In this document: piece by piece, positions 47,589-56,256 of the stretch
How positions within the stretch are numbered: the stretch's first letter is position 1
Layout: each line of letters opens with the position of its first letter
Assembly: GCA_041158505.1 (NCBI GenBank)
Contig: JBEBBG010000015.1
Coordinates: 12,642 to 76,641 of the forward strand
Direction of reading: 5' to 3'
Source: Candidatus Parcubacteria bacterium
GTDB lineage: Bacteria > Patescibacteriota > Minisyncoccia > Phycocordibacterales > JAACPR01
DNA: 64,000 bases
Translations under genes and position numbers: made by a program
The notes under the pieces: model-generated
What the model was told of the DNA's origin: nothing
Seen by the model: the letters and a program-made list of their open reading frames with translations, nothing else
Databases searched by the model: none

Positions 47589-47957
47589 TTACCGGTCGTT
47601 TATGTGTGCAACACAGGTTCGTGCTGCTGGGTTTGCTTCTAGCCGTTCGTGCTCGATGGCGTCTCCGCTCACTTCACAGGTACCGTACGTGCCCTGTTCA
47701 ATTTTTGCCAATGCATCTCGTACATCAATAAGTTGCGCCTCAAGTTGCTTTAGTACTGCCGCATTTGTTTCGTATGCTTCAATTGTATCTGCGAAATCAT
47801 TAAGATCTGTTGAGCGATCTTGCGTGTCGGTTGGCACTGCTTCCCAATCGTTTGGATTATCTGGGTTAATACGGCCAATAGTTTGAAGCTCCCCGAGTAG
47901 CTTCTGCTCCTCTGCCTCAAGGCGGCTCTTAAATGATGCGAGTGTTGCTGTATCCAT
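47589..47957 (-). CDS. DksA/TraR-family protein with degenerate (2-Cys) zinc finger
   Basis: ...ALAKIEQGTYGTCEVSGDAIEHERLEANPAARTCVAH: TraR/DksA C-terminal finger retaining only two of four Cys. Probable ATG at 47957 (MDTATLASF). Confidence 0.55.
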   Translation of the reverse strand: MDTATLASFKSRLEAEEQKLLGELQTIGRINPDNPNDWEAVPTDTQDRSTDLNDFADTIEAYETNAAVLKQLEAQLIDVRDALAKIEQGTYGTCEVSGDAIEHERLEANPAARTCVAHINDR

Positions 47958-47976
47958 GTCTGCAGTATAGCAGATA

Positions 47977-49008
47977 CTACAGCACAAGTTTAGCGCTTCG
48001 TAGTCGCTTCTTTACCTCCTGTAGTGTTTGTGGTTTGGTGCCAAAATATACGTACTCCTCATCAATAAAGGTGTAGAAGAAGATAACGTTGCCAGTACTG
48101 TCTTTAATGACTCGAGCATCACTATTTGCAATGACCTGATCAGAAAAGAGGCCTGCGGTAGTGCGCTGTGGAAGCGTTGGGGTCGCCTCTGTAGATGATG
48201 TGCTACTGGTTTCCTGTGTGTTGATTACCGTTGGTTGTGGCTGGTTAATTGGCTTGAGAACTGGAAAGAGGGGCTCGAGGTCTTTTGCCATATTTGCCTC
48301 CCAGTTAAAAAGCGTTGCAAAGACGGTATCGAAGGTGTTGATTTTAAACATCAAGAAAGTCTCGTTGGCAGCAGTTGCGTGCACTCCGAGGAAAAAGATG
48401 TCATCAATAGCCCGCCCAAATGAGCTGTCGATTCGAGCACGAACCAGCGCGAGCAATGCTTCACTTGTGTATGGAACTCCAACAATTGTTTGCACATTTC
48501 CTCCTGCGCTGCCGACCTCCTCTCGTATAATGCTTATTTGCTGAATAGATCCGCGCGGCATTGGACTCTTGAGTACTTGGTCAAGCTTAATGAGCGTATT
48601 TTGTGAGAGTTGTGCCGCAGCAACATCAATCACACCATCAGCTGGAAAGAATCGCTCCGCAGCTTGTGATTTTGGAGGTGGTGTATTTCCGTCATCTCGA
48701 GACAGGAAGGCAAACCCAAGGGTGAGTAATCCGAGGGTAAGGAGTACACCGGCTCCAGCAAGGAGAAACTTGTTCTTTGGTGTCTTAAGAGAGGTTTGTG
48801 CCTCTTCGTGCTGTGCGACGTCGCGCCGGCGTTCTTCTGCCATGAGCATTGAAGCTGTTGATACACTCTGTGATCGAATCGCTTCTTTTACCGCGTCTTG
48901 GTATGTAGTAACGCGACTAAGTACCACTTCTCCATCACTGTCTGGTGGAAGATCTGGCACGGTGTTTATTGGCGCGTCTGGTTGTGGTGTCGGTACAGGT
49001 TCTGTCAT
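47977..49008 (-). CDS. bitopic membrane protein (cytoplasmic N-domain, one TM, extracytoplasmic domain)
   Basis: TM FLLAGAGVLLTLGLLTLGFAFL around residue 90; unknown domains either side. Confidence 0.5.
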   Translation of the reverse strand: MTEPVPTPQPDAPINTVPDLPPDSDGEVVLSRVTTYQDAVKEAIRSQSVSTASMLMAEERRRDVAQHEEAQTSLKTPKNKFLLAGAGVLLTLGLLTLGFAFLSRDDGNTPPPKSQAAERFFPADGVIDVAAAQLSQNTLIKLDQVLKSPMPRGSIQQISIIREEVGSAGGNVQTIVGVPYTSEALLALVRARIDSSFGRAIDDIFFLGVHATAANETFLMFKINTFDTVFATLFNWEANMAKDLEPLFPVLKPINQPQPTVINTQETSSTSSTEATPTLPQRTTAGLFSDQVIANSDARVIKDSTGNVIFFYTFIDEEYVYFGTKPQTLQEVKKRLRSAKLVL

Positions 49009-49028
49009 ACCGACATTGTAGCAGAAAG

Positions 49029-49568
49029 TTACTTGTTGCTACGTCGAATTACCCGCAATCGGTCAAAGATGAGATGTTGCTTTGGGTCTTCGCCAAGGTC
49101 TATAAAGTCATCTGCTGCTTCAATGAGTTTGCTCGAGGTTGATTTCCCGAATGCAACTACTTCAACCTGACACCCGTGCGCAAGCTGTAAGTGCTCAACG
49201 AGCGGTACAAAATCACCGTCTCCTGAAACAAGAATGACGCTATCAAGCTTGGTTGCCATTGAAACAGCATCAATCGCAATACCAACGTCCCAGTCTGCCT
49301 TTTTTGCTCCACCTGCAAAAACTTGCAAGTCCTTTGTGCGTGTTTCAATCCCCGACTTAACGAGCGCTTCAAAAAAGCTGGTTTCATCACCTGCTTCTGA
49401 ACTAATAACGTATGCGATACAACGGACGAGCTGACGACCAGCAAGTGCGGTCTGTACTACCTTTCCAAAATTTACCTTTGCGTGATGTAGGTTCTTGGCG
49501 CTGTGGTACAGGTTTTGTGTGTCGATAAAAATACCGACGCGTTGATCTTTATGTTTAATGACTGACAT
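49029..49568 (-). CDS. NYN-domain (LabA/DUF88-like) protein
   Basis: RVGIFIDTQNLYHS...VILVSGDGDFVPLVEHL: NYN/PIN-like acidic residues. Confidence 0.6.
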   Translation of the reverse strand: MSVIKHKDQRVGIFIDTQNLYHSAKNLHHAKVNFGKVVQTALAGRQLVRCIAYVISSEAGDETSFFEALVKSGIETRTKDLQVFAGGAKKADWDVGIAIDAVSMATKLDSVILVSGDGDFVPLVEHLQLAHGCQVEVVAFGKSTSSKLIEAADDFIDLGEDPKQHLIFDRLRVIRRSNK

Positions 49569-49641
49569 ATAAATAATTGGTTAGTGCCACATCTGTGTGT
49601 GGTTCGTATAAAAACATCTTTATGCTAGCACGAAACGAAAA

Positions 49642-49668
49642 GGCCGCGGGGGCGCTGCCCCCGCGGCC
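49642..49668 (-). terminator. Rho-independent terminator downstream of rpsO
   Basis: ggccgcggggg-cgctg-cccccgcggcc; the minus-strand RNA is followed by UUUUCGUUUCG. Confidence 0.75.
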
Positions 49669-49681
49669 TTCCCTCTCATAA

Positions 49682-49954
49682 TTACATTCGGCTTTTCAAA
49701 CCAAGTTTCTTGATGAGCTTCTTGTATCGGTCAGGATTTTTTCGCTCCAAGTAGTTGAGGTGCGCCTGTCGATCAGAAACCATGCCAAGCAAACCACGGC
49801 GTGAGTGATTATCCTTTGGATTTTTCTTCAAATGCTTTGCAAGTTCATCAATCTTCTTGGTGAGGATTGCTGCCTGCGCATCTGCAGAACCAGTGTCAGT
49901 ATCGTGAACACGGGTTTCCTTAATCACATTCTCTTTCTGTCGCTTCGTTAGCAT
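49682..49954 (-). CDS. rpsO: 30S ribosomal protein S15
   Basis: ATG at 49954 gives MLTKRQKENVIKETRVHDTDTGSADAQAAILTKKIDELAKHLKKNPKDNHSRRGLLGMVSDRQAHLNYL: S15. The track ORF is N-extended. Confidence 0.85.
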   Translation of the reverse strand: MLTKRQKENVIKETRVHDTDTGSADAQAAILTKKIDELAKHLKKNPKDNHSRRGLLGMVSDRQAHLNYLERKNPDRYKKLIKKLGLKSRM

Positions 49955-50072
49955 GGGGCTATTATAACACGCCCGATAGAAAATGCAAGCCATCTCAACC
50001 TTATTTTACTTGCCGTATAAAGAAAATCTTGGGGGTCCGGGGGCCACCAAGAAGGGCAGAAAACGTCTCCGA

Positions 50073-50996
50073 TCACGTTGCGGGGCAGAGCTTCAGTAGT
50101 CGAACTGAGATCAGCTTGTAGCTGAGAACACCCAGTCCGGCACCAATCAAGCCACCGCTAAGGATAAGCAGGACATAGCCCGCTGTTGTCGTGCCGTTTC
50201 CGCCGAGCCAGAAGGCAATGAGACCACCAATTGTGCCGTCGAGAGCGCAGAGTACCCGCTCGCGGCAGTGGATCTGCTTGAAAAGGTACCAGGTGAACCG
50301 GAAAAGTCCGACTCCGAGCACTCTGGGGAAATCCCAGAAGATAGCACGTGGTGTTCTGTAGAGCACGATCAATGCCCCGTACACCATCCACCGGTAGGCG
50401 TTTCCGTAGCCAAGCTTCTCTTCGGAGTAGCCCTCTTTGAGCAGCTGCTCCCGATGTTGCAGTTCTTGCCAATCCGGGGGCGATCCGTCTTCTATGCCGT
50501 ACAGTCTTGCGGGAGGCCACCAGTATTTTTTCTGATGATTGCTACCAATCCACGCCAAAACAACAAATGGTAGCGACAGGACTCCAGTTAGGATCACGAA
50601 GATGCAGAATGCTTTTGCCGCCTGTATCTTCTGAGAGATACCTTCTTCTGCAAGTCCTAGAAACTGAGTAAACATGTTGTTTACCACTTCAAGAACCGCG
50701 AGTGCAAGTACTGCACCTGCGTACATGAAGGGATGTTTCCGGCAGAAGTAGCGGACCACACCCCTGAAGAATACGACAATGCTGTTGATCACGGCCATGG
50801 GAGCTCGTATGCCCGCAAAATGGAGCGCACGCGGAACGATTGTGAGTGCCTGACGGCTCTCGTAACCGAAGTACCCGCCAGCGATGCCGGCGAGGGTGGC
50901 GAGCCACAGGAACTGTGGTGCGACAGAGGCTGCAACAGCAGCGCACAGGGCGCCGCCGATGAAGCATGCAAGGGTGATCTGATAGATCGTTTTCAT
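50073..50996 (-). CDS. polytopic membrane protein of unknown function (GC-rich gene)
   Basis: 307 aa, multiple TM helices, Trp/Tyr-rich loops; noticeably higher GC than its neighbours. Confidence 0.5.
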   Translation of the reverse strand: MKTIYQITLACFIGGALCAAVAASVAPQFLWLATLAGIAGGYFGYESRQALTIVPRALHFAGIRAPMAVINSIVVFFRGVVRYFCRKHPFMYAGAVLALAVLEVVNNMFTQFLGLAEEGISQKIQAAKAFCIFVILTGVLSLPFVVLAWIGSNHQKKYWWPPARLYGIEDGSPPDWQELQHREQLLKEGYSEEKLGYGNAYRWMVYGALIVLYRTPRAIFWDFPRVLGVGLFRFTWYLFKQIHCRERVLCALDGTIGGLIAFWLGGNGTTTAGYVLLILSGGLIGAGLGVLSYKLISVRLLKLCPAT

Positions 50997-51119
50997 TGAT
51001 TTTGTAGGGTGTGGTGAACGGTTGGGTTCGTTTTTAAATTACAGTAAAATAATGATTTTGTCAATTAATTTCGATGTGAGATTTAGGACTGTCTCTGTGC
51101 TATAATATTGTGCGACACT

Positions 51120-52046
51120 ATGGCAGCCAATCAAATTCAGGATTTAAAGCAGCAATTTCTTGAGTATATTGAAATTGAGCGTGGTCGCAGCCTCAAAACC
51201 GTTGAAAACTACGACCGGTACCTAACCCGCTTCCTTGGTCACATAAAAGCAACAAAACCTGCCGATATTACCGAGCAGGCCGTCAGGGAGTTCCGTTTGT
51301 GGCTCAACCGCCAGCCGGGCACAAAGGACACCATGAAGCGTCGGACCCAAAACTACTACCTCATTGCATTGCGCTCATTCCTTAAATTCTTGGCGAAACG
51401 CGGTGTTACCTCCCTGCCACCAGAGCGCATTGAGCTTGCAAAGACAGAAGCGCGCGAGCTCGACCTGATTTCAACAGATGAGCTGCTCAGGCTTTTGAAC
51501 GCTCCAGACACCACCACTCTTCGCGGCCTTCGCGATAAGGCGATGCTTGAACTTTTCTTTTCTACTGGTCTTCGTGTCTCGGAACTTGCGTCACTCCCCC
51601 GAGATCTTGATATTGAGCGTGATGAATTCTCGATTCGCGGTAAGGGAGACAAGGTTCGCGTGGTGTTTGTGTCTGATGAAGCACGACAAGCGGTGAAGGC
51701 GTACCTCGCAAAGCGTGATGATATGGACGATGCGCTGTTTGCACAGGTGCCAAGTAAGGCGGGTAAAAATGTGCTCGCAAAGCGCGGTTCACTTCGCATC
51801 ACACCACGTTCAATTGAGCGTATTGTGCGCCACTACGCCACGAAGTCCGGTATTTCAAAGAAGGTAACGCCACACGTTATTCGGCACAGCTTTGCAACAG
51901 ACCTGCTCTCAAATGGTGCTGATTTGCGTTCAGTGCAAGCGCTCCTTGGTCATGCAAATATCACAACTACGCAAGTCTACACACACGTTACTGACAAGCA
52001 TTTGCGCGACATTCACAAGAATTTCCACGGCAAGCGCCGCAAATAG
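51120..52046 (+). CDS. tyrosine recombinase XerC/XerD type
   Basis: Catalytic-domain motifs HVIRHSFATDLL...LLGHANITTTQVYTHV; ATG at 51120 preceded by an extended -10 TGcTATAAT at 51098-51106. Confidence 0.8.
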   Translation: MAANQIQDLKQQFLEYIEIERGRSLKTVENYDRYLTRFLGHIKATKPADITEQAVREFRLWLNRQPGTKDTMKRRTQNYYLIALRSFLKFLAKRGVTSLPPERIELAKTEARELDLISTDELLRLLNAPDTTTLRGLRDKAMLELFFSTGLRVSELASLPRDLDIERDEFSIRGKGDKVRVVFVSDEARQAVKAYLAKRDDMDDALFAQVPSKAGKNVLAKRGSLRITPRSIERIVRHYATKSGISKKVTPHVIRHSFATDLLSNGADLRSVQALLGHANITTTQVYTHVTDKHLRDIHKNFHGKRRK

Positions 52047-52067
52047 TTGTTAAAAGTAAAAGTGAGA

Positions 52068-52103
52068 ACGCCGCCGACCTTGGAAGGGTCGGCGGCGTTT
52101 TTA
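52068..52103 (+). terminator. Rho-independent terminator after the xer gene
   Basis: acgccgccgacc-ttggaagg-gtcggcggcgt-ttttaaa. Confidence 0.7.
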
Positions 52104-52132
52104 AAGCTTGTCAGGGCGGGTTTTGGGGTTTT

Positions 52133-52651
52133 TCAGCTGCCGAGGGCAACTTGCTTTCCGTCTGGTGCAGATTCCTTGGCTTCTTTGATAGAGCTAAGTG
52201 ATCCATCCATAAGGGCGGCGAGTCGTCCTCGCGGTCTCGTCCGGTATTGCTCCAAGACGTTGATGGGGGCGCTGGTTGGCCTATCACTTTCGCTTTTTGG
52301 CTTGAGTGCTTCGCGCTTCCCCCTCATTTCTGCTGGCGTCACGGAGTCTCCTTTACAGGCGACACAGACCAGAATCGTCAGAGGCGATTCCATGTCGATG
52401 TGCCCAATGAAGGCTCCGTTTGTACTGAATGCCCGATCGGTGAGCATTTTTTTCATCTGCTCGAAACTTCCGTCGTTGCCGAACGTCAGTCTCAGACATT
52501 GGCACTTCCGAGAGCTCGGGTCTCTCTTCTGTGCTGAGTTGATGGTAGCGATTGCTGCGACGATTTTCGCCGTAGCTGTTTCCACCGTTTCGGTCTGAAT
52601 TTCGTGTTGTGCGGGTGCCCCATTGGGGGCGGGATCGTCAGTCAATTTCAT
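52133..52651 (-). CDS. hypothetical protein with two Cys pairs (CQC...CVAC)
   Basis: ATG at 52651 preceded by a perfect SD (ttGGAGGaaagaaaATG on the minus strand); 172 aa; GC-rich. Confidence 0.55.
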   Translation of the reverse strand: MKLTDDPAPNGAPAQHEIQTETVETATAKIVAAIATINSAQKRDPSSRKCQCLRLTFGNDGSFEQMKKMLTDRAFSTNGAFIGHIDMESPLTILVCVACKGDSVTPAEMRGKREALKPKSESDRPTSAPINVLEQYRTRPRGRLAALMDGSLSSIKEAKESAPDGKQVALGS

Positions 52652-52769
52652 TTTCTTTCCTCCAATTCAATTACGTTGTGCCCTGACAAAGAGCTCTCGA
52701 AGCTACTGTACCCGTTGGGCTTTAAAAAAGCAAGAAAGCGTGGTGGAGTTTTGTGCTATGCTATCTGCC

Positions 52770-53537
52770 ATGAAGCTTATCTCATGGAACGTGAACGGCA
52801 TTCGAGCATGGTCAAAAAAAGAGCAGACGCTCGATTGGGTGCTACGCCAAAAACCAGACTTCTTTTGTCTTCAGGAAACAAAAGCAGAACCATCACAACT
52901 TGCTCAGCACATAACGGAGATTCCCGGCTACACCGCCTTCTTTGAGTACTCAAAAGAGCGAAAGGGGTACAGCGGTGTCGCAATCTACACAAAACATGAG
53001 CCTGATCGCGTCGATGAGGGCCTTGGGGTACCACGTCTTGATACGCAAGGGCGCTTCCTTGCACTCTTTTTTGATAAGCTGGTGGTTATCAACTGCTACT
53101 TCCCCAACGGCGGTATGGGTGGTGATGCGTTCACGTATAAGCTCGATTACTACGAAGCCTTCCTGAAGTACATCACAAAGCTTAAAAAGGCCGGCTACAG
53201 CATTATTTTTGCTGGAGATGTGAATGTGGCGCACCACGAGATAGATATCGCACGTCCGAAGGAAAACAAAGATAGCATCGGCTTCTTGCCCGTTGAGCGA
53301 GATTGGCTCACGTGTGTCGAACAGGCTGGGTTTGTGGATACGTGGCGTAGCAAGCATCCTGAAACGGTTCGGTATAGTTGGTGGGACATGAAGACGCGCG
53401 CACGCGAACGAAACGTTGGGTGGCGCATTGATTATATCTTTGTGTCAGACGATTTGGTGCCGAGTATTAAGAAGGTTGATATACACAATGACGTGTATGG
53501 CAGCGATCACTGCCCTGTCTCGCTTGAGATGAAGTAA
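52770..53537 (+). CDS. xth: exodeoxyribonuclease III (AP endonuclease)
   Basis: MKLISWNVNGIRA...FFCLQETKA...YSWWD...SDHCPVSLE: ExoIII/EEP family hallmarks. Confidence 0.85.
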   Translation: MKLISWNVNGIRAWSKKEQTLDWVLRQKPDFFCLQETKAEPSQLAQHITEIPGYTAFFEYSKERKGYSGVAIYTKHEPDRVDEGLGVPRLDTQGRFLALFFDKLVVINCYFPNGGMGGDAFTYKLDYYEAFLKYITKLKKAGYSIIFAGDVNVAHHEIDIARPKENKDSIGFLPVERDWLTCVEQAGFVDTWRSKHPETVRYSWWDMKTRARERNVGWRIDYIFVSDDLVPSIKKVDIHNDVYGSDHCPVSLEMK

Positions 53538-53556
53538 ATGTAAGAGTACTTCTCAA

Positions 53557-55797
53557 TTATTTACCGAGCAGCTGGTTCATGAGCGACATGGTCTTTGGAC
53601 CAACCGCACCGACGTTTTCAAGTGCGTGCTCACGCTGGAATGCCTTCACTGCAGCGCGTGTAATGCTGCCGAAGTATCCGGTGATCTCTTCGTTAAAGAG
53701 TCCTGCTCGCTTGAGTGCTGCTTGTACACGTGACACGTCATCTCCTGCCGCACCCTGTGCAACGGTCTGCGTAATCTCACCTACTGGAACCGCGCTCGCG
53801 ATGGTGATTTTTTTTGTTTCAAATGCAGATTTATTAAATGCGATAGTGCTTGGGTATCCTGCTGCTCGGGCAATTTGTGTCGCATTCTTCACTTGAAGTG
53901 CCTCAAGCGTAATGCCATATTGTCCACCTTCACCTTGTCCTTCTGGATTAAGCTCTATCTGTACTGTGAACCGAACAGAGCCCCTTCCTGAATCAACCTT
54001 CCAATGCTCTGTTGGACTATGTTGTGCTGCTTGGACCTTGTTTACAGGTGTTCCGTCTGAATACGCTGCATCTACAATAAAACCGCTTTGTGTGCCCCAA
54101 AAAGCCCCATTCTTGCCATTAATGCTGTAGGAAATACCGTTTGCGGCAGATGTCCCGCCGTTCGGCAACACCTCACCAACACTATTTGGAATGTACAACG
54201 TTTCTGTTACATCAAGGTCAAACTCAATTGTGTAAACTCCTTTCTGATCATCGTTTCCCGTGGTTTCAATTTGAGTCGACATACTTACTGGTGTAATCAG
54301 TGCTAGGAGTGAATTCAAAAGCGGGTTAACTGTAAAGTAGTCAGAATGAGCACAAAGAGGTTTAAACGGAACTTCTGGGCTTGGTGTATTGTCATCACAC
54401 AATGTTATGCGGTACTGCCCTGCCTGTTGTGGTGCCAAAAGAGTTCCTCGCTCAGCCGCACGCTCAAAGGTTGACTGTCCAATGTTTCCATAATCAACCT
54501 TGATCCCTGTGGTAGATGGATACAAACTAGCAGTAATTTTATTCGGTACGTTAAGGCTTGTTCCCGTGAAGGTGAATGGGACATCACTTCCTGGTGTAAG
54601 CGTCGAACGGCCTCTGTATGTAACACTGAGAGCTTGAGCCTCGCGGCCTACAATGTTGACATTATCACTTCGATGGCCAAAAGGGCTTCGACAATAAAGA
54701 TGCGCAAGCGTGTACAAACCATCGTTTCGACCATCGATAGGCATTTGTGCGGTCACGGTTTTTGTCCCCGTAACCCCCACATTTTCTACTTCAATTTCAT
54801 TACCAGCATTATCATAAATGTATAACGTACAAGAAACGTCCGTTTCTCGCTGGCCTAGTGCAGATGCACTCCACATGAGCTCCACATTAGTCGCCTGACT
54901 AATTTTGTAGTTGTTTTCATCATCACCAGGTCGAAGGTTTACTTTGAATGTATCCTTTGAAAGGATTTCAAAGGGTTTATCACTTCGATCTGTCGCTCCT
55001 GTTTTTGTGTCTACAATTCTAATGTAGTAGCCACTTCCAGGTTCCGGCATTACTGCCTGGCCACCAACCTCAATGTCTCCGTACCATCGAATTGAACCTT
55101 TCTGTGACTCAATCACCTTGCCAATAGTTTGAAACGAACTACCACTTTTCTTTTCAAGGTACGCAACCATACCATCTCGGTGTGGCTCTGGTGTCCAGGT
55201 GATAATATTTTCACTACTAGACATCCATCGCTCACCACCATTTGGTGTAAGGAGCTTGAGTTTTGCTTGTGGGCCCGCGGGCGTGCTGGTTGGCGTTGTG
55301 CCATTACCACCGGTGCTGGTATTTCCTCCAGTGTTCGTTGTTGGCTCTGGCGCAGTAACCTTCGGCGCAACATATCGAAGTGTTGCTCGATCAGTCGCCT
55401 TTCGTCCGAGCTTGTCTGTTACCTGGTACACAAACCCAAGCACACATCCTTCTCGTGCCTTCGGAGCATCTCCAAGCTTGAAGTTTCCTGCAGCCGTTTT
55501 TCCCTGTCCCCATACTTGTCCATCCTTGATACCGCCACAGAGTGCTGGGTTGTTCACCTTAAGTGTGGTCTCAAAAGTTGCACCAGTTCCTGTACCTCGC
55601 CACACAATTGCAGGAACCGCTTCTCCTGTTGTTGCTGTGTGGTTCTGTTGTCCACCAATCGTGATTGATGCAGTTGGTGCCTTAACGACACCTGCACCAC
55701 CACGTTGTGCACTTGCTGCCGTTGGCGCAATTGTTGTGGTGATGAATGCTGTGAGGACGAGGAGGCTGATGAGTGAACGGGTGCTGATGGTTTGCAT
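53557..55797 (-). CDS. large secreted surface protein with C-terminal peptidoglycan-binding (PG_binding_1-like) domain
   Basis: ATG at 55797 gives MQTISTRSLISLLVLTAFITTTIAPTAASA signal peptide; Thr/Gly-rich linkers; C-terminal AGDDVSRVQAALKRAGLF...GYFGSITRAAVKAFQ. The track ORF is N-extended to 55938. Confidence 0.6.
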   Translation of the reverse strand: MQTISTRSLISLLVLTAFITTTIAPTAASAQRGGAGVVKAPTASITIGGQQNHTATTGEAVPAIVWRGTGTGATFETTLKVNNPALCGGIKDGQVWGQGKTAAGNFKLGDAPKAREGCVLGFVYQVTDKLGRKATDRATLRYVAPKVTAPEPTTNTGGNTSTGGNGTTPTSTPAGPQAKLKLLTPNGGERWMSSSENIITWTPEPHRDGMVAYLEKKSGSSFQTIGKVIESQKGSIRWYGDIEVGGQAVMPEPGSGYYIRIVDTKTGATDRSDKPFEILSKDTFKVNLRPGDDENNYKISQATNVELMWSASALGQRETDVSCTLYIYDNAGNEIEVENVGVTGTKTVTAQMPIDGRNDGLYTLAHLYCRSPFGHRSDNVNIVGREAQALSVTYRGRSTLTPGSDVPFTFTGTSLNVPNKITASLYPSTTGIKVDYGNIGQSTFERAAERGTLLAPQQAGQYRITLCDDNTPSPEVPFKPLCAHSDYFTVNPLLNSLLALITPVSMSTQIETTGNDDQKGVYTIEFDLDVTETLYIPNSVGEVLPNGGTSAANGISYSINGKNGAFWGTQSGFIVDAAYSDGTPVNKVQAAQHSPTEHWKVDSGRGSVRFTVQIELNPEGQGEGGQYGITLEALQVKNATQIARAAGYPSTIAFNKSAFETKKITIASAVPVGEITQTVAQGAAGDDVSRVQAALKRAGLFNEEITGYFGSITRAAVKAFQREHALENVGAVGPKTMSLMNQLLGK

Positions 55798-55848
55798 GGT
55801 AAACGGAATGTGCTTTAGGGTAATGCATTTAGTGTAACAGGATTTGTA

Positions 55849-55918
55849 AACGTAAAGGACATTCAGCAAACACAACTGTGGATAAAGGACAGTTATCCAC
55901 ATGGTATGTCCTTTACAC
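55849..55918. promoter_or_regulatory. nested palindrome carrying two perfect inverted DnaA boxes upstream of the surface-protein gene
   Basis: cGTAAAGGACAT...TGTGGATAA(55877-55885)aggacagTTATCCACA(55893-55901)tggtATGTCCTTTACac; a further GTAAAGGACA copy at about 56190. Confidence 0.55.
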
Positions 55919-56200
55919 ATTTTCAAACGAGCATACAATAGGATATGAGGTCGTTCTTCATAAGCACCTTCAAAAATTTTTCGTAAGTGTCTTTTGACTA
56001 CTTACCACCCTTGCATGTCCCGGACTTTTCCGGATTTACACGAAGCGTAGGTGTGGTTCCCAGGCAAAAAACACTTAAAACCGCCTGGATTACAATAAAA
56101 AACAAAAACTCCTCTCGTCTCAACGAGGCAAGCTTCTCCCCAAAGCACGCCTCACTAACTCAATCTGGGCGGTTCTTTCTTTAAAAAAGTAAAGGACAAG

Positions 56201-56230
56201 CAAAAAACCACGCAATTGCGTGGTTTTTTG
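56201..56230 (-). terminator. Rho-independent terminator downstream of cca
   Basis: caaaaaaccacgc-aatt-gcgtggttttttg. Confidence 0.7.
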
Positions 56231-56256
56231 CTTGTAGAACATCTCTCTGTCGTACG

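Noticed and set aside
51108-52651. Possible integrative mobile element around the tyrosine recombinase
   Set aside because: The recombinase C-terminus matches housekeeping XerC/D (LLGHANITTTQVYTHV); no attachment-site-like direct repeats, phage or transposase genes in the window. Only the compositional oddity is retained as a low-confidence finding.
55798-55938. N-terminal 47-aa extension of the surface-protein ORF
   Set aside because: The extension overlaps the DnaA-box palindrome and lacks a signal peptide; the ATG at 55797 gives a textbook signal peptide.
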